Source of the DNA: Oikopleura dioica
Taxonomy: Eukaryota; Animalia; Chordata
Direction of reading: 5' to 3'
NCBI GenBank assembly: GCA_907165135.1
Contig: OU015568.1
Location: 9,052,001 to 9,116,000, forward strand
Length of the DNA: 64,000 nt
The notes beneath the pieces were generated by a model, which searched no databases, was not told the DNA's origin, and saw only the letters and a list, made by a program, of their open reading frames with translations. Both the position numbers and the translations under genes were made by a program. The stretch's first letter is position 1, and each line of letters starts with the position of its first letter. Of the stretch, positions 11,828 to 24,228 are shown one piece after another.

Positions 11828-14800
11828 CTAACTACTGTGATAATTATTTGTGCCATTTTTGCTTTCCAATAAAGATATTTTTATTTCTACGACGAACCCA
11901 TTCCACACGTATACACACACCTGCTTTAGTATAAAAAAACCATATGCCGAATAAATAATCTGTATATATGAGATCATGCAAACAAGAAGGATCTTTGAAT
12001 GAGAAAAATATTTATTTTGCAAACTAAAATTAATTGATAATATAATGGGAGTCAATATAGTTACAATGCATGGAATGATAATAGCAATAATCAGAATAGA
12101 GATTTTTATATAACTGGATAAAATTTTACCGCATTCGAATCCGCCATCATTGTTAACGCAAGCAGTAGTTATCGCTGGGCAATTGTGTGCTCCTGACGTG
12201 CATTCATCGATGTCTTGGCATGCGTCGTCCGTGCCGATGATTGTTTCGAAGCCATCGTTGCAAGTGCAGACAGCCTCGGTTTCGGAAATTCGAGAGCAGG
12301 TCGTACTTGTTGCGTCACAGGCAAGGGCCACACAGGGATCAACAACACAAGTAGGGTTCTAATTAAAATGGAAAATCAGAAATAACTGTAGTTTACCTTT
12401 GCATCTCCCGAATCACTGCTCGAAAGGATGAAACCCTCATCACAAGTACAGGTCCAGTCTTCGACGACAGCAGGGAAGCTATTAGAATGGAAGACGGTAT
12501 CAGTTGAGTCTAGCTTTTGGTTAGCAATCCGATTACGGTTAGCCTTTTAAAAATGTTTATCAATAACCAGTTCCTATAGGCGACGAATTGGCAGGGCATG
12601 TGGCAGGGGTGCAACCGCCAATTCCATCTCCGTACATTCCAATCGATGCACAATCGCAAATGTATCCTTTAGCGTATCCATCGAGCTCGGAATTGAAGGA
12701 AAGATCTCCAGTGTCGACGCAAGGGGCATCTGTGCACTGGTGGTCGCAGAATGGATCAGTGCAGCCAGTTCCATCGCCGGCTACAGCGCAGTTGTTGTAT
12801 GCTTCAGGAGTGTCGCAGTCAATACCAGTGAATGTCACGCTACCCTCATTCAAGAACATCACCAAGTCAGAGGAAACAAAGCCAGCATCGCAGGCACAGG
12901 TATGAGTGTTGCAAAATGCGTTGATAGGGCAGTTGCTTCCATAAGCTGGGTCAAAGTAGCTCGCGAAATTTGAGCACTGTCCTAAATCTTGGCTCACGTC
13001 ACACTCAGTTGGAACTTGATTGGTACAGGCGGAGTTTCTGACAGCACAAGGCTGGGTGAGGGTGTCGCACTCATTCACGTCAGTGCAGACAAGATCGCCA
13101 GTTTCGTATGAGCCGGTTTTTGAGAAACCGTATGTCTCGAAGTTGATGAAACAATCGCAAGTGAAAGCAACATCGAGGTCGGTGCAGATTTGATTTGCTC
13201 CACAATCGTGCGTTCCAAGATCACATTCGTTGACTTTCTTAATGCAAGAGCCGTTCTCAGTTGCATCACCAGTATGAGTATCGCTCGGACATTCACAAAC
13301 ATGAGTTCCGTCGCCAGTGCCGCGGCAAGTACTGATGGTATTTCCTTCGTTATCCAATGTTGGACACAAGTTTGGATCGTTGAAACAGACATCGCCAGAG
13401 CAACCGGTACCTGAGAGTTTTCCATCGCCAGTCTCTCCTGATGGGCACGTACAAGTGTAGGTTCCGGCAGTGAGCCCCTTGGAATATCGCTCTTCTATTT
13501 TAGTACAAGTAGCGGTTGCGACACAATCATGTCCTTGATCACTCGTATCAGTGCAAACGTCGTCATTTAGTCGACAAGTTGAGTAAAATGGGAATTCGTT
13601 AACATTCGCCCCGATAAGAATATCTTCCCAGGTGCTATTACACCCTCCCTCGTTCTCCTGAAAAGCTCGGTAACTGCAACCTTGTCCGAGATACCCTCGT
13701 CGGCAACTGCAAGTGTATCCAACGTCAGTCGTCCAGGTGCACTCGCCGCCATACGCTTCGGACATGCAATGATGTGTTCCATCTTCGCATCGATTCCTCT
13801 CTACACAAGCACCATTGACGATATTGTATTCTGTGTCAGTATCGGCGCAGCAATCGACTCCGTTGTTTTTCGTGATGTCAGGGACGCAGTTAGCGTCAGT
13901 GATACCGGAACAAGAATTAGTACATTGATCTGGATGGACTTGGTCGCAGTTATTTCCTTCGACAGACAGATCCACGTCCGAGCCCCATTCAGAACCATTT
14001 CCTGCCCACGGAGCACATTCGCATTTGATTCCAGAGCCGTCGTCAACGATTCGATAGCCAAATTTGGAGCACGGATAGCCTACTGTACCGTCTCGATCAG
14101 TACGGACGCCGACTGACATAGCCTTCAACTGATCCAAATTCATCCAGTCCCCAGTCGCTAGAGAGCCGACACCGCCGCCAAGAGTTCCGCCAGTCCCAGT
14201 TTTTTGGACTATGTTGCAGTTTGCCTCATCGGAACAACTCGATGGGCAGTCACAGCTTCCGTCGCATCGCCAGCCAACAGGATAAGCAAGGTCTGGATTT
14301 GTGTCACAATAGAGCATGTATGTTTTGAAATAATGATCGTTTGATCGATCGTTGCAATTGTAAATTTCGTTAATTTGGGCAATGTCGGACATGGCAAATC
14401 GCTTGTCGAGATTGCTCTCGGAAGGAATATAGTCTCCTCCGTGTGTAGTGAATCCGTATCGTTTCCACTGCTTTCCATCGGCAGAGTCAAGCGATCCATC
14501 AACCGTATGACCAGTGCCAGACGCGGAGCAGACCCAAGATTCGTATTCCATGATACTTGTGTAGTCGTACTCTCGACCCCACTGGTTAAGCATGTCTGGC
14601 CATTGGCTACGAGGGACTTTATAACTCAAGGCGCTGAAAAGACTCGCGTTCGGGCAAACATTGTTATCTATCCAAATTCTCGAGTCTCGATCATATCGGG
14701 ACTGTTCGTGGTGGAAACCTAACGCGTGCATCGTTTCGTGGAGGCCAGCTTCGACACTACCGGCGCACCACTCGTCGATGAAGGAAATTGGCTGGTTGTT

Positions 14801-15533
14801 CTGGAAGACGCGGCCAACATATGACCAACAACCGCTAGAATTTAAGGCTTGGAGACGAGACATGTTGTTTCGGGTCGATGGATCAGCGTAGAGAGGATGG
14901 ATGAAGCCGCCGTTGCTAGTGTCGTAATTTGGATCAGTGTCAAGACTGGCGAAAAAGGCAAGAACTGCCGCTTCCTCTTCAAAAACATCGACAGTAAGGC
15001 AAGACGCGCGCTCAAATTCTTGTTGGATTTTCGCAATCATCGCTTTTCCGGACATGACAACATTTGCTTGATCTCCCCAAAAAGGGATATTTCTTGACTT
15101 GTCGACCCAAGCCTGGCCATCACCGTAAAACATTGGCACATGCCATATTCCATTAATATCGCGGATAATTCGCCACGTTCCGCCGAAGGTTCCGTCGATC
15201 GTTTCGCCGTTCATGAATCCCTTGGTACCCCCATTTTTCTCCATCTTCTCTTTACGCCTGTCCAATTCATCGCGAAAGTTAGAACCGAATTGTTTCTCAA
15301 GCTCCTTTGGTGTAAGCTCATCTGATTCGTTTCCGTCTCTGATCAAGATGTCAGGAATTGAGCCCAAACCGTTCAATTCGAAAAGCTCTGCCTAAAATCA
15401 ACCGATAAAAAAGAAGATTTGTTTTATTTTGTACCTGCAAAGGCGTGTAGACGATATCTTCCTGTCCATTTGGGTTCCTATTGAGCGCTGCTTGAGAAGC
15501 TACGGATGAAATAACCGTAGCAGAGAGCTTCAT
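11828..15533 (-). CDS. Secreted astacin-family (M12A) metalloprotease with LDLa module and many EGF/cbEGF repeats
   Basis: Signal peptide MKLSATVISSVASQAA; HETMHALGFHHEQSRYDRD zinc motif; SIMEY Met-turn; WRCDGSCDCPSSCSDEANC (LDLa); repeated DVNEC/DIDEC EGF units. The 3' end is ambiguous (see findings). Confidence 0.88.
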
Positions 15534-17505
15534 TATTTTCTCTAGCTGATGGCTCTACTGAAAGAAATCAGACTTGCTTTTTAGTCCTTCATCCCAGTGC
15601 TCCCCTCCTCAATGTTTATCCTTTGAGCAACAAACAACTTGTTAATTGAATGCTGTTTTAAGCATTTTAATTGATTTCTCTGATAAAAATGAGCTTATTA
15701 TTTAATCTAAAAAACTGCTTTGAACTTTGAAATCAGCGTAAATGTCATTGACTGGCAGCATTCTATGGTCGTATTAGAATGCTCAAAAGAAGTAAAGGAT
15801 AAATACAATGAATGAGTATATAGTTAGTTTAGTTTTTACAAAAGATCTCAATAAGATTCTCATAAAAAAATCGAGAAGCTGTCGAACGAATTTCAATTTT
15901 TTTGATATTTAGCAGAAATTCAAGTTTATTTATCATTTGGGTGCCAAGGGTCTGGCAATTTTTCGAAATTAAAAACATTGTTCGAGAAATGTTTTAATTG
16001 CAATTATAGAGCAAATCGCGTTTAAAAAATCACAAATTCATCATTTTTTCTTGATATTCGGCAAAATACGGAAGACAGAGGTTTATAATTATCCTTTCAA
16101 AAAATGACTTGACCTTTATAATGATAATTGAAAACTGATAATTAAGCCCTTTCATTTTGAAGCTTTTGGGGAGCTTCCTAATCCTATTAGTGAACAAAAC
16201 AACATTCTGCTTGGAAAAGGATGAAATGGCATGCAAAACGAGCATGCTTATCTACCCTGTTATTGTTATTTCATAACATAACTAAATAACCTTGAGGAAT
16301 TCGGAACAGGAATTGGCGGAAGTGCGATCTTATAAATTTTTACGACTATCAGCCCGAGCAGTGTCCTTCCGAAAGTCAACACATAATTTCGTCGCTGACG
16401 CAAAAATGATTTTCAAATTTCCGCCCGTGAAAATTTCTGAAAACTTTGCAAAAAAAATCGCATCAGTGAGGTCAATAATTCATTCATTTGAAACAACAAA
16501 TCATTGTTTACGAAAAAACGTCAGAACTATCGTCAGTAAAATGATTGGAGAAGTCAATACTGTAAGCTGTTGCCAATAACAAACAGTAAATGCTCCCTGG
16601 CAGGTGCCAACCCGTAGCTAATCGAAATTGGAGCGTGTGAATCAAGACGGAAGATCAAACCAAAAATGAACCTTCCAGCACTGTAACACACCCAAAAAAT
16701 CGTTAACGATGATTCAAGAGACCATTTTTGATGCTGCAATTTTTCTGAACGAACTGAAATGTAAGATTTTCGACAAAAAATGCTCCAGTGAAAACGAAAA
16801 AAGTTTATCTACCGTTCGGATTTTGGTGCGACAGACTACCTTAATCCACTGCCAATAGAATAAGCCAGACTAAGCACAGTTATATAAAGCAGAAAAAAAT
16901 TGGTAGAACAATCGGATCTGAAAATGTGCCACTTCTTCATTTCTCCCCTTTGCTATTTCAATTCCATGAAATAGTTTCTCCAAAAAGGTTGTCTTTTCAA
17001 GTAAAAGAATAGAGATGGGAGGCAGTCGAGAAGGTCTCGTTGGGAAGATAAAAGACTGGGTTGGTGATGGTATGTCTTTTTATGAAGCTTTGAAATTGAT
17101 TATTTTAATAAAGAATTAGAATTTTTAACAATTTTTGACTTGTTTATTGTGAATGAAAGCTAGCTCAGTATCTTTGCTCGGTAAAGTTAGTTCTGTTCTT
17201 TTGCAAAAGATATCGAACTTATAAGAATTAACGCGGAGTAATGCCAGTGAAATCGGATATTCAGCGGTTTTAGTTTTTTTTTCGCTCCCTGAGGGACAGG
17301 GGCGAGCAGGAGCTATTTCCACAGGATCGCCTTAATGATAAATAGTTATCAGATTCTGAGAAAGGATCAAGACTGGAAATGGGAAAACCCGCGGAAGTCT
17401 TAATTCTTTTTACACGTGAGCTTAGCGCGATGATTCTAGTGCTGGCATATTAGAGATAGATCAAGCGAAGAAACGCGCCAGAGATAGACTCTGACAGAGA
17501 AACTC

Positions 17506-20500
17506 ATGGGGAATCCTGAGGCTCTGTTGATCATGAGCTCCCTAAAAGGTAATAGCCAGCTGTTCCACCACGGCCCCAGAGAGAGAGAGGAAGCCGAATG
17601 GACAGGTGAAGGCTCCTGTCTTATTCTCCCAGACGAGCATAAATACGTCCCCTTCTTTATCGCCCATTCAATATATGAACGGCCCGCGATGACTGTATTT
17701 ATCCTATGCTCTCTTTATTCATCTCAGATCACAGAATTTTCACTCCTAGAATTTTCACTTCTCACCTTGAAGTTTGGTTTTTGGGAGCAGAGAATCATCT
17801 GACATTTGACTTCAAATATTAGTGAAGCTATCTATCCAAAACTCTCCCACTTTCTCAATTCGTTCCTTTTTATCGGATGATTTAAAAGAATTGCAGAAAG
17901 TGGTAGAATAAAATTCCAAGAGAGATTTACGAGATAGAGTTTTGAAGATTTTGATGAGTGAAGATGGATTTTGAAAATAATCCACTAGGTAACTTTTGGT
18001 TTATTTTTGAATTTGAATATATTTTTTAAACTTTCAATCGGTTCATATTTTGACCAAGTGTCTTTGCCAAAGCAATAAAGACCTAATTACTCCCCCAATC
18101 TCGCCTTTATCCACGACATTTATCCGATTTCTTGTCAGATAGTAAACTGCTTCTGTCGGATCAGCATGTATCGACATTCAGAGAAAAGATTCAATTTCGT
18201 TTTAGATGTCATTACTTTCCCGAACGCAACAAATTACGCCGGTGGCGGAGGTGGCGATTGCTATAAAGAGCTGGAAGAAAATGGGAAGATGGATGTGTTA
18301 CAGTGGAGTACTGCCATGCTCGGTGCAACTGCCTTTGTTTTATTCTCCAAGGTAACAATTCTTACTCCGAAATTCTTACTGAAGCTCTGAACTTCCGTTA
18401 AAACGCGTTAATAAGGTGACACTTCTTCTCAACCCGATAATGGGAAAACCCTGGTACACTGACCTTATGACTTATTTAATTGCGCTGGCTATGGGAACGA
18501 TGCTCTGTGTCACCGTTTTCCAACTTATACCGGAATCACTCGACTTGATGGCCGAAAAGAAGTATCCGATCAAATGCGGGGACTACAAAAATGTCCAGAA
18601 AACGCTCTTCTATGATCACAAATCCGTCATTGTTGATGATTGCGATCAGGTCTGTCCTGGCAGCCCTGGTGGGAGAGCTGGAGGCAACTTGGAAGACAGT
18701 AAGAGGCGCTAGAATAACGCTTATTTGATTTCTTCGTAGAATTCTGCACGCTGACGATTGGTGGGACGCAGCAATTTATACCAGTCGTCTGCGTTCTGTA
18801 TTTATGCACGATTATCTTCTACGATCTCCAAAAGGTCAGTTAGTTGATGATTTTGATTCTCCCAAATCGGAATGTCTTCTTTTACGATGTGTTCAAGGTC
18901 GACCACTGGTTTTCTTGTAGGGCGGTCATTTTTTGTAGGATCGATTGTGAAGTTTATGCCTCTCGTTTTGTTACTCTTTTGACTTAGTGATGAGTAGCAA
19001 TCGACGTCAATGAAACATCGTTAATTTGTAATTAGATAAATAGCATCATCTTTTTCAATGAATTATTGAGAAATATGCGGTGAAATTCTGTCGGAAGAGT
19101 CACTAGATTCATCTTAAAATACCTCTTTAGTTCCTCCAAATCGCATTTTCCAACGAAGATGGCACCCACCTCGCCGAGCTCGACAACCCGGAGGACATGC
19201 TTGAAGATAACGACGAAGACATTCTGATCCAGATGCGCAAGTATGGCAACCGACAGCAGGTACAATCGGCTCGAACACGCCTCTCAAAAGGCCACTTTCA
19301 GACCCTCAAATCACGTGAAGTTTACAGTCAGCAATAAGAATAACCTTGCGCTCAATTTGTGCGCTGTAAGATTTCAATGTCGTAGCAAAAGAAAAAAAAA
19401 CAAGGAAAAATATTTTGCCATATGCGCATAGAAAATATTTGAAGAAAAAGCAACGCTAGAATTCATTATTTTTTATAACCACGGAACTCATACGCGTCTT
19501 ATACAGTAATTTAACTCAACATGCCGCCCTGTCATCTAAAATTAACATCCTTTCCAGTATTAACGATCTCATAAATCAAGCACTATCACATGTCAAATTA
19601 TTAGATATTGGGAAAATTCATAATTTAGTCCATATCCGTCGCCGCGAAAATGGCTAACATCCCAACCGCCTTCTCTGTCGACAAAATCGGTAATTCAGCT
19701 CTTTTCTCAACCTGATCTTCAACTTTTAATTTAGACGGGGGCGGCAGTGATATTCCGACAACAAGAAAGCGCGTTCCTTCCCAAGCAAATATCCTCCTAG
19801 CTCAGCGTCGAGCATCTCAGGCATTCCGTGAGTAAATCGCTTACCAACCCGTCTGATTCTATTAATTGCTACTGATTGCTTTCTTGATTGAACTGAAAAC
19901 TGATTGATTTGCTCACACTAACACAGACGTCGTCATCAACAGACGTTCGAAACTTGGTGTCTCCAATATCTGGCCTTTCCAACACTATAGTTCAAGCCAC
20001 AGGGTCCAAAAAAGATCGAAATCCAAATGTCATCGCCATTCATTTGGTTACGCCCCGTATATGTACCCTTACACAGCATGCACTTATGTTAAAAGAAGGT
20101 CGTCGGCTCATCGGCATTTAATTCCGCGTAATCGCTGGCGCCGCCTAGTTGTCATGAACTCGGCAGCTCGCCATTTGAGCGAAAGAAGTTCTATACGCAA
20201 ATGAACGGCCTCAAAACAATAATATTATTCCGGGATTGAATATTTAGCATGACTAACCAATAATAACAAACTCGAAGGCTCGACTAGAGGCTCTTCCCAA
20301 GACTCAATTTTGGGAAAAGACTCTTGTCTTTGAGCGAATCGATGAAAGTTTGATTGACTTATTTTGCTGTGTTGAGGCTAGAATTCAGCTAGATCCAGAA
20401 TTTCAATGTGCTCAGGTGTATCGACCTCCTCGATGAGTAGGCTCGCATCGATTCACCTGTCCAATACTGATTAGGGTTACGAATTTATGATCGGAAATAG

Positions 20501-22641
20501 AATCCAAGCGGTCTCAAAATTTGCAACCTTTTCTTTGATCACACCCATTCGCATCATAATCTAACGAGCGCGGCCGCTCCGATTGCGCCTCACGGTCGAC
20601 CAACTCCCCCTTCCGTACAAAATCGCTGCTCCACCATGTGCGGCCATCAGCACTTAGCTCCTGTTCAAAACTGCAACAACAGCGGCTTCTTTCCCAAATC
20701 AGAACTATCAAATCACGCCTCCCATAATTCCACGCACACTTTACCTTCTGTTAGCACTCCTCAATTACTGTCATCATCGTCGAGGCAAGAGTCGCCGTCG
20801 ATAAACTCGATTGATTCAATGATTCACTCCACTGATTTGGAGTCAGGAACTTGTTCACTTCCTAAAGGAGTAAAATAACCTTGATTCGGAAACAAAATAA
20901 AAAGCTGATTTAACTCCACCATATCTGCAAATGTCAACGAATCGTGCTCAAATGCACCGAGCTCCGATTTGCTCGCCGGAAAACTGCTCCTTTCCCGTCG
21001 AATCTACTAACTCCTCCTCAGGAAAAGCATCGATTTACCAGGCAAACTTGAAGTATCTGGCAGACCAGTCAAATCTACAGCTGCAGAATCAAAATCAGAA
21101 TGATGGACAGCTTGTAAATGGTAAGAGCTCCAATAAAAGCTATCTATCAGTAGTGCGTTTTGACGAAATAGACAAAAATTTGCACTGAGGTTATGATAGC
21201 CAAAGATATTTCCCTCTGAATAAACATAAAATTCCCTGAACTTTCAATTGAATATTCCGGTGGACTTTGTCCAAGCTCCTGTAGTAACCGCAGATTAACG
21301 AGACATATTCATAGGGACGATCACGGAGGAAAATGTCACGGAAGTCGATGTCGATAAATACGTATCGATTGAAAACGAAAAAACGCCCAAGAAATCGAAA
21401 GTAAAGTTTGGCGCGGTTACGGAAATTGAAAACGAGGGCTTTTCATCTGATGGCGAAACATCTGGTGACGAAAAGAAGAGTGATGCGAAAAGCAAGGACG
21501 AATCGACGAGCGGTGATGGAGATTTCGAAAAGGATGGAGAACAGTAAGTACAATGGAAACATCTGGCCGTAGGTTTGAACTGGAGGTCTTCTTATCCAGA
21601 TAAGACCTCAGTCAGTTTTTTCTTCAAATCTGACAGTTAGAAAATGCCAAGTTTTTTCCTCATTTTTCCTCTTTTCCATATGTTGCTAGAAATCCTTGCC
21701 AAGATCATTAACAATATTTGACCAGAAAGGTTCCTCTAAAACTTTCTGATACGAATCAACCATTAACATTTTATCACTAGCTACGCGAAATTGAAGCAGC
21801 GCCGTAATACTGGAGTTCCTCTTGTCAATTTGCCTGTCGAAGATGACGACGAAAAAACGAGTGGGTCGAGCAAATCGGAGAAAAAATCGTCACATGACTC
21901 GCATCACGGCAAGCAAGAGTGGCACAAGGTCGATATGGTCGCGTGGATTCTACTGCTTTGCATCTCGATCGAGTGTCTTATCGAGGGAATAGGAAAGGGT
22001 CCAATTTCTTTCGGTTTTGAAGGTTGATGATCGGACTATTTGACCCTAGTTAAGCCTTTGCGCTGACATTAACAGATGAGCTGGGCGCGGGAATTGCGAT
22101 TCTGACCGCGATGATTATCAAGCTCATCCCCCAAAAGCTCGGCGACGCGGTGATCCTGAGCAAAGCCGGGCTCAACCACTTCTGGGAAAATCTTTTATCG
22201 CTCGGCGCCGTTTCTTTCGTCTATGTCGGTAAGTTCTAAAATCATCCTTCTTTCTCAATGAAATCTTATTATAGGGGTGATTCTTGGAATGCTGCTCAAA
22301 CCAGCGCTGGAGCATTCGGAAGAATATTTCTTCGGAGCTCTGGCTGGAATTTTCTTGTACATTTCGCTCTCCTCCTTGTTTCCAGTTTTGCACGACATTA
22401 TTGACGATCCAGAAGTGATTGGCAGCTTTGATGATCCAGCAGCACAGGCAAAGGCTTTCAGAAATCAACAGTTCCGACGACTACTACTCGCCAATTTCGG
22501 CTTTTTCACTGCCATGGGATTAATGGTACCTTTGGTAAGAAAGACATTTTTTAAAATCACCCATCTATACATTCATTCAAGATCTGGTTCGAACACGATC
22601 TTCAAGAAGCAATCACGGAGCTGATATGCAATTCATTATGA
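17506..22641 (+). CDS. SLC39/ZIP family (LIV-1/ZIP8-14-like) membrane protein with degenerate metal site; 5' end uncertain
   Basis: LMTYLIALAMGTMLCVTVFQLIPES (TM2), VAWILLLCISIECLIEG (TM4), AILTAMIIKLIPQKLGDAVILSKAGL (TM5), FFGALAGIFLYISLSSLFP (TM7), LANFGFFTAMGLMVPL/IWFEHDL (TM8); TGA 22639-22641. Confidence 0.8.
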
Positions 22642-23046
22642 AAAAATGAAAGAAAAGTTCAATTTAAATTATTCAACGAGATTCTGTTCAATACTTCTGA
22701 AAATGTAAATAAAACCTCAGAGCTTCTAATTGCTTGATGCATAACAACAATAAAATCGAAGACCTTTTTGGCAGCATAAATATATATTAGGCGCAAATAA
22801 AAAGAGAAAGCTCTGCCGACTAAATTCACTTCTTTGATAAAAAAAGTGTTCCAGAACGGCAAAGTGGCAGTTTGAACAGTTCAATGCTGGAATGGAATAA
22901 GTGAGCAAATAAAACATAATTATCATTTGAAATTCAAAAAATGCGGGACAAGGTTAGCAGTTTTAAAAAAGACTCACGCTTGGTTTGATGACCTCAACAG
23001 TCATATAACGTAACCAACGTTGAAAAATAAGGCAGTTGTGAAAAAG

Positions 23047-23412
23047 TCAGCTCAAAAAAATGTGCGAAAAAGAACTCATCGGGAGGAAAGGACCAGTAAG
23101 CAGCTTGGTGAAAAACCCCTTTAGCACCAAGGTTAGCGGTCCAGGTTCGTCCGTGGATGGGTTGGCTGGAATGTCAAAGTGTTGCTTGATGCGTTGGAAT
23201 GTTGCGAAGTCAGCTTCGATTGGGCGAAACTGGAGTTGGAAATTTATTCATCACTAGAAACAAACGCGTTAATTTTACTTCTTCTGGTATCGTTTCTTCC
23301 CTATTGGTTCAAAACAGGTTCAAAATAGGGAAAATATTTCGATAAATTTGGGATTTTCACTGTTTCTTTTTATTTTAAAAACTGTCAGTAGCTTACCTTC
23401 TCTTGCTCTCAT
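23047..23412 (-). CDS. Possible small spliced gene of unknown function downstream of a TATA box
   Basis: TATATAAA on the minus strand at 23478-23485; ATG 23412; two GT-AG introns (GTAAGC, GTAAAA donors). The reading frame is ambiguous. Confidence 0.25.
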
Positions 23413-24228
23413 GGTGAAGTGGAGTTAAAAAGAAGAAAGGAATTTTTCTAACTGAGTTCTTGTCTCTCCGCGTCTTCTTTATATAGGCGATTCAAGGCGA
23501 TTTCAAAAGTGGCAAAGGGCGCCGTGTTTGAAACGGTTGCCCGCGCGGCATTTTGCGCGCAGAGCTCTAAAATCGCCAGTCAGAGGCCGTCCCTGGCGCG
23601 CCATTCCACTGAGTAGCCAATGAACTCGGCACTCGGCGCAACGAAGGAATCAACGTCGTCGACAATCAAGTCAATAAAACTCTGTTTGCCCGGGCGAGCT
23701 GCGTTGTGAACTTGGCGCGCTTTCTGTTTTTTATTGATTTTGGGCGATGCCGACCTTTTGTTTAACAAAAATAGCTCGAAAACAGCTTCAATCATCGAAT
23801 AATTACAGGAAATCCCCTTCAATTGGAACGTTTCTGCTTGAAAAAACACAAAAACATCATCAAAATCAATTTCAAAACATGATTATGAATAGAAAACACT
23901 AGAATAATGTTCGGTTGACTCAAAACTCTAAGCTTGAATAATTTTTCAATGACTAAAGTTTTGCTGACGAGTCAACTAATTTAGATAATTCAGCATTCTT
24001 TTTACCTATTTACTGTAGTTTTCCTTTTTCTACTTCAATTTCTAAAAAATGCTACGTGATCTCCGGTGAACCTGAGCGTAAGAAGAAACGTGTTTTCATG
24101 TTTCATACAGTATAAAAATTAATGTCTTTCAAATTTCAACTCGGAACTCTCGATAAACTGAACATTTGCACATCCTTAAAACATAACTGAAGCGAAATCC
24201 AGTCTGTCAGATTTCGAAAACTGAGATT

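Noticed and set aside
12574-14891. Many overlapping ORFs within the astacin exon
   Set aside because: Alternate-frame and antisense shadows of a GC-balanced long exon.
16554-16739. MFS-like helix (IFWVCYSAGRFIFGLIF) on the minus strand
   Set aside because: Could not find further exons or a coherent gene model.
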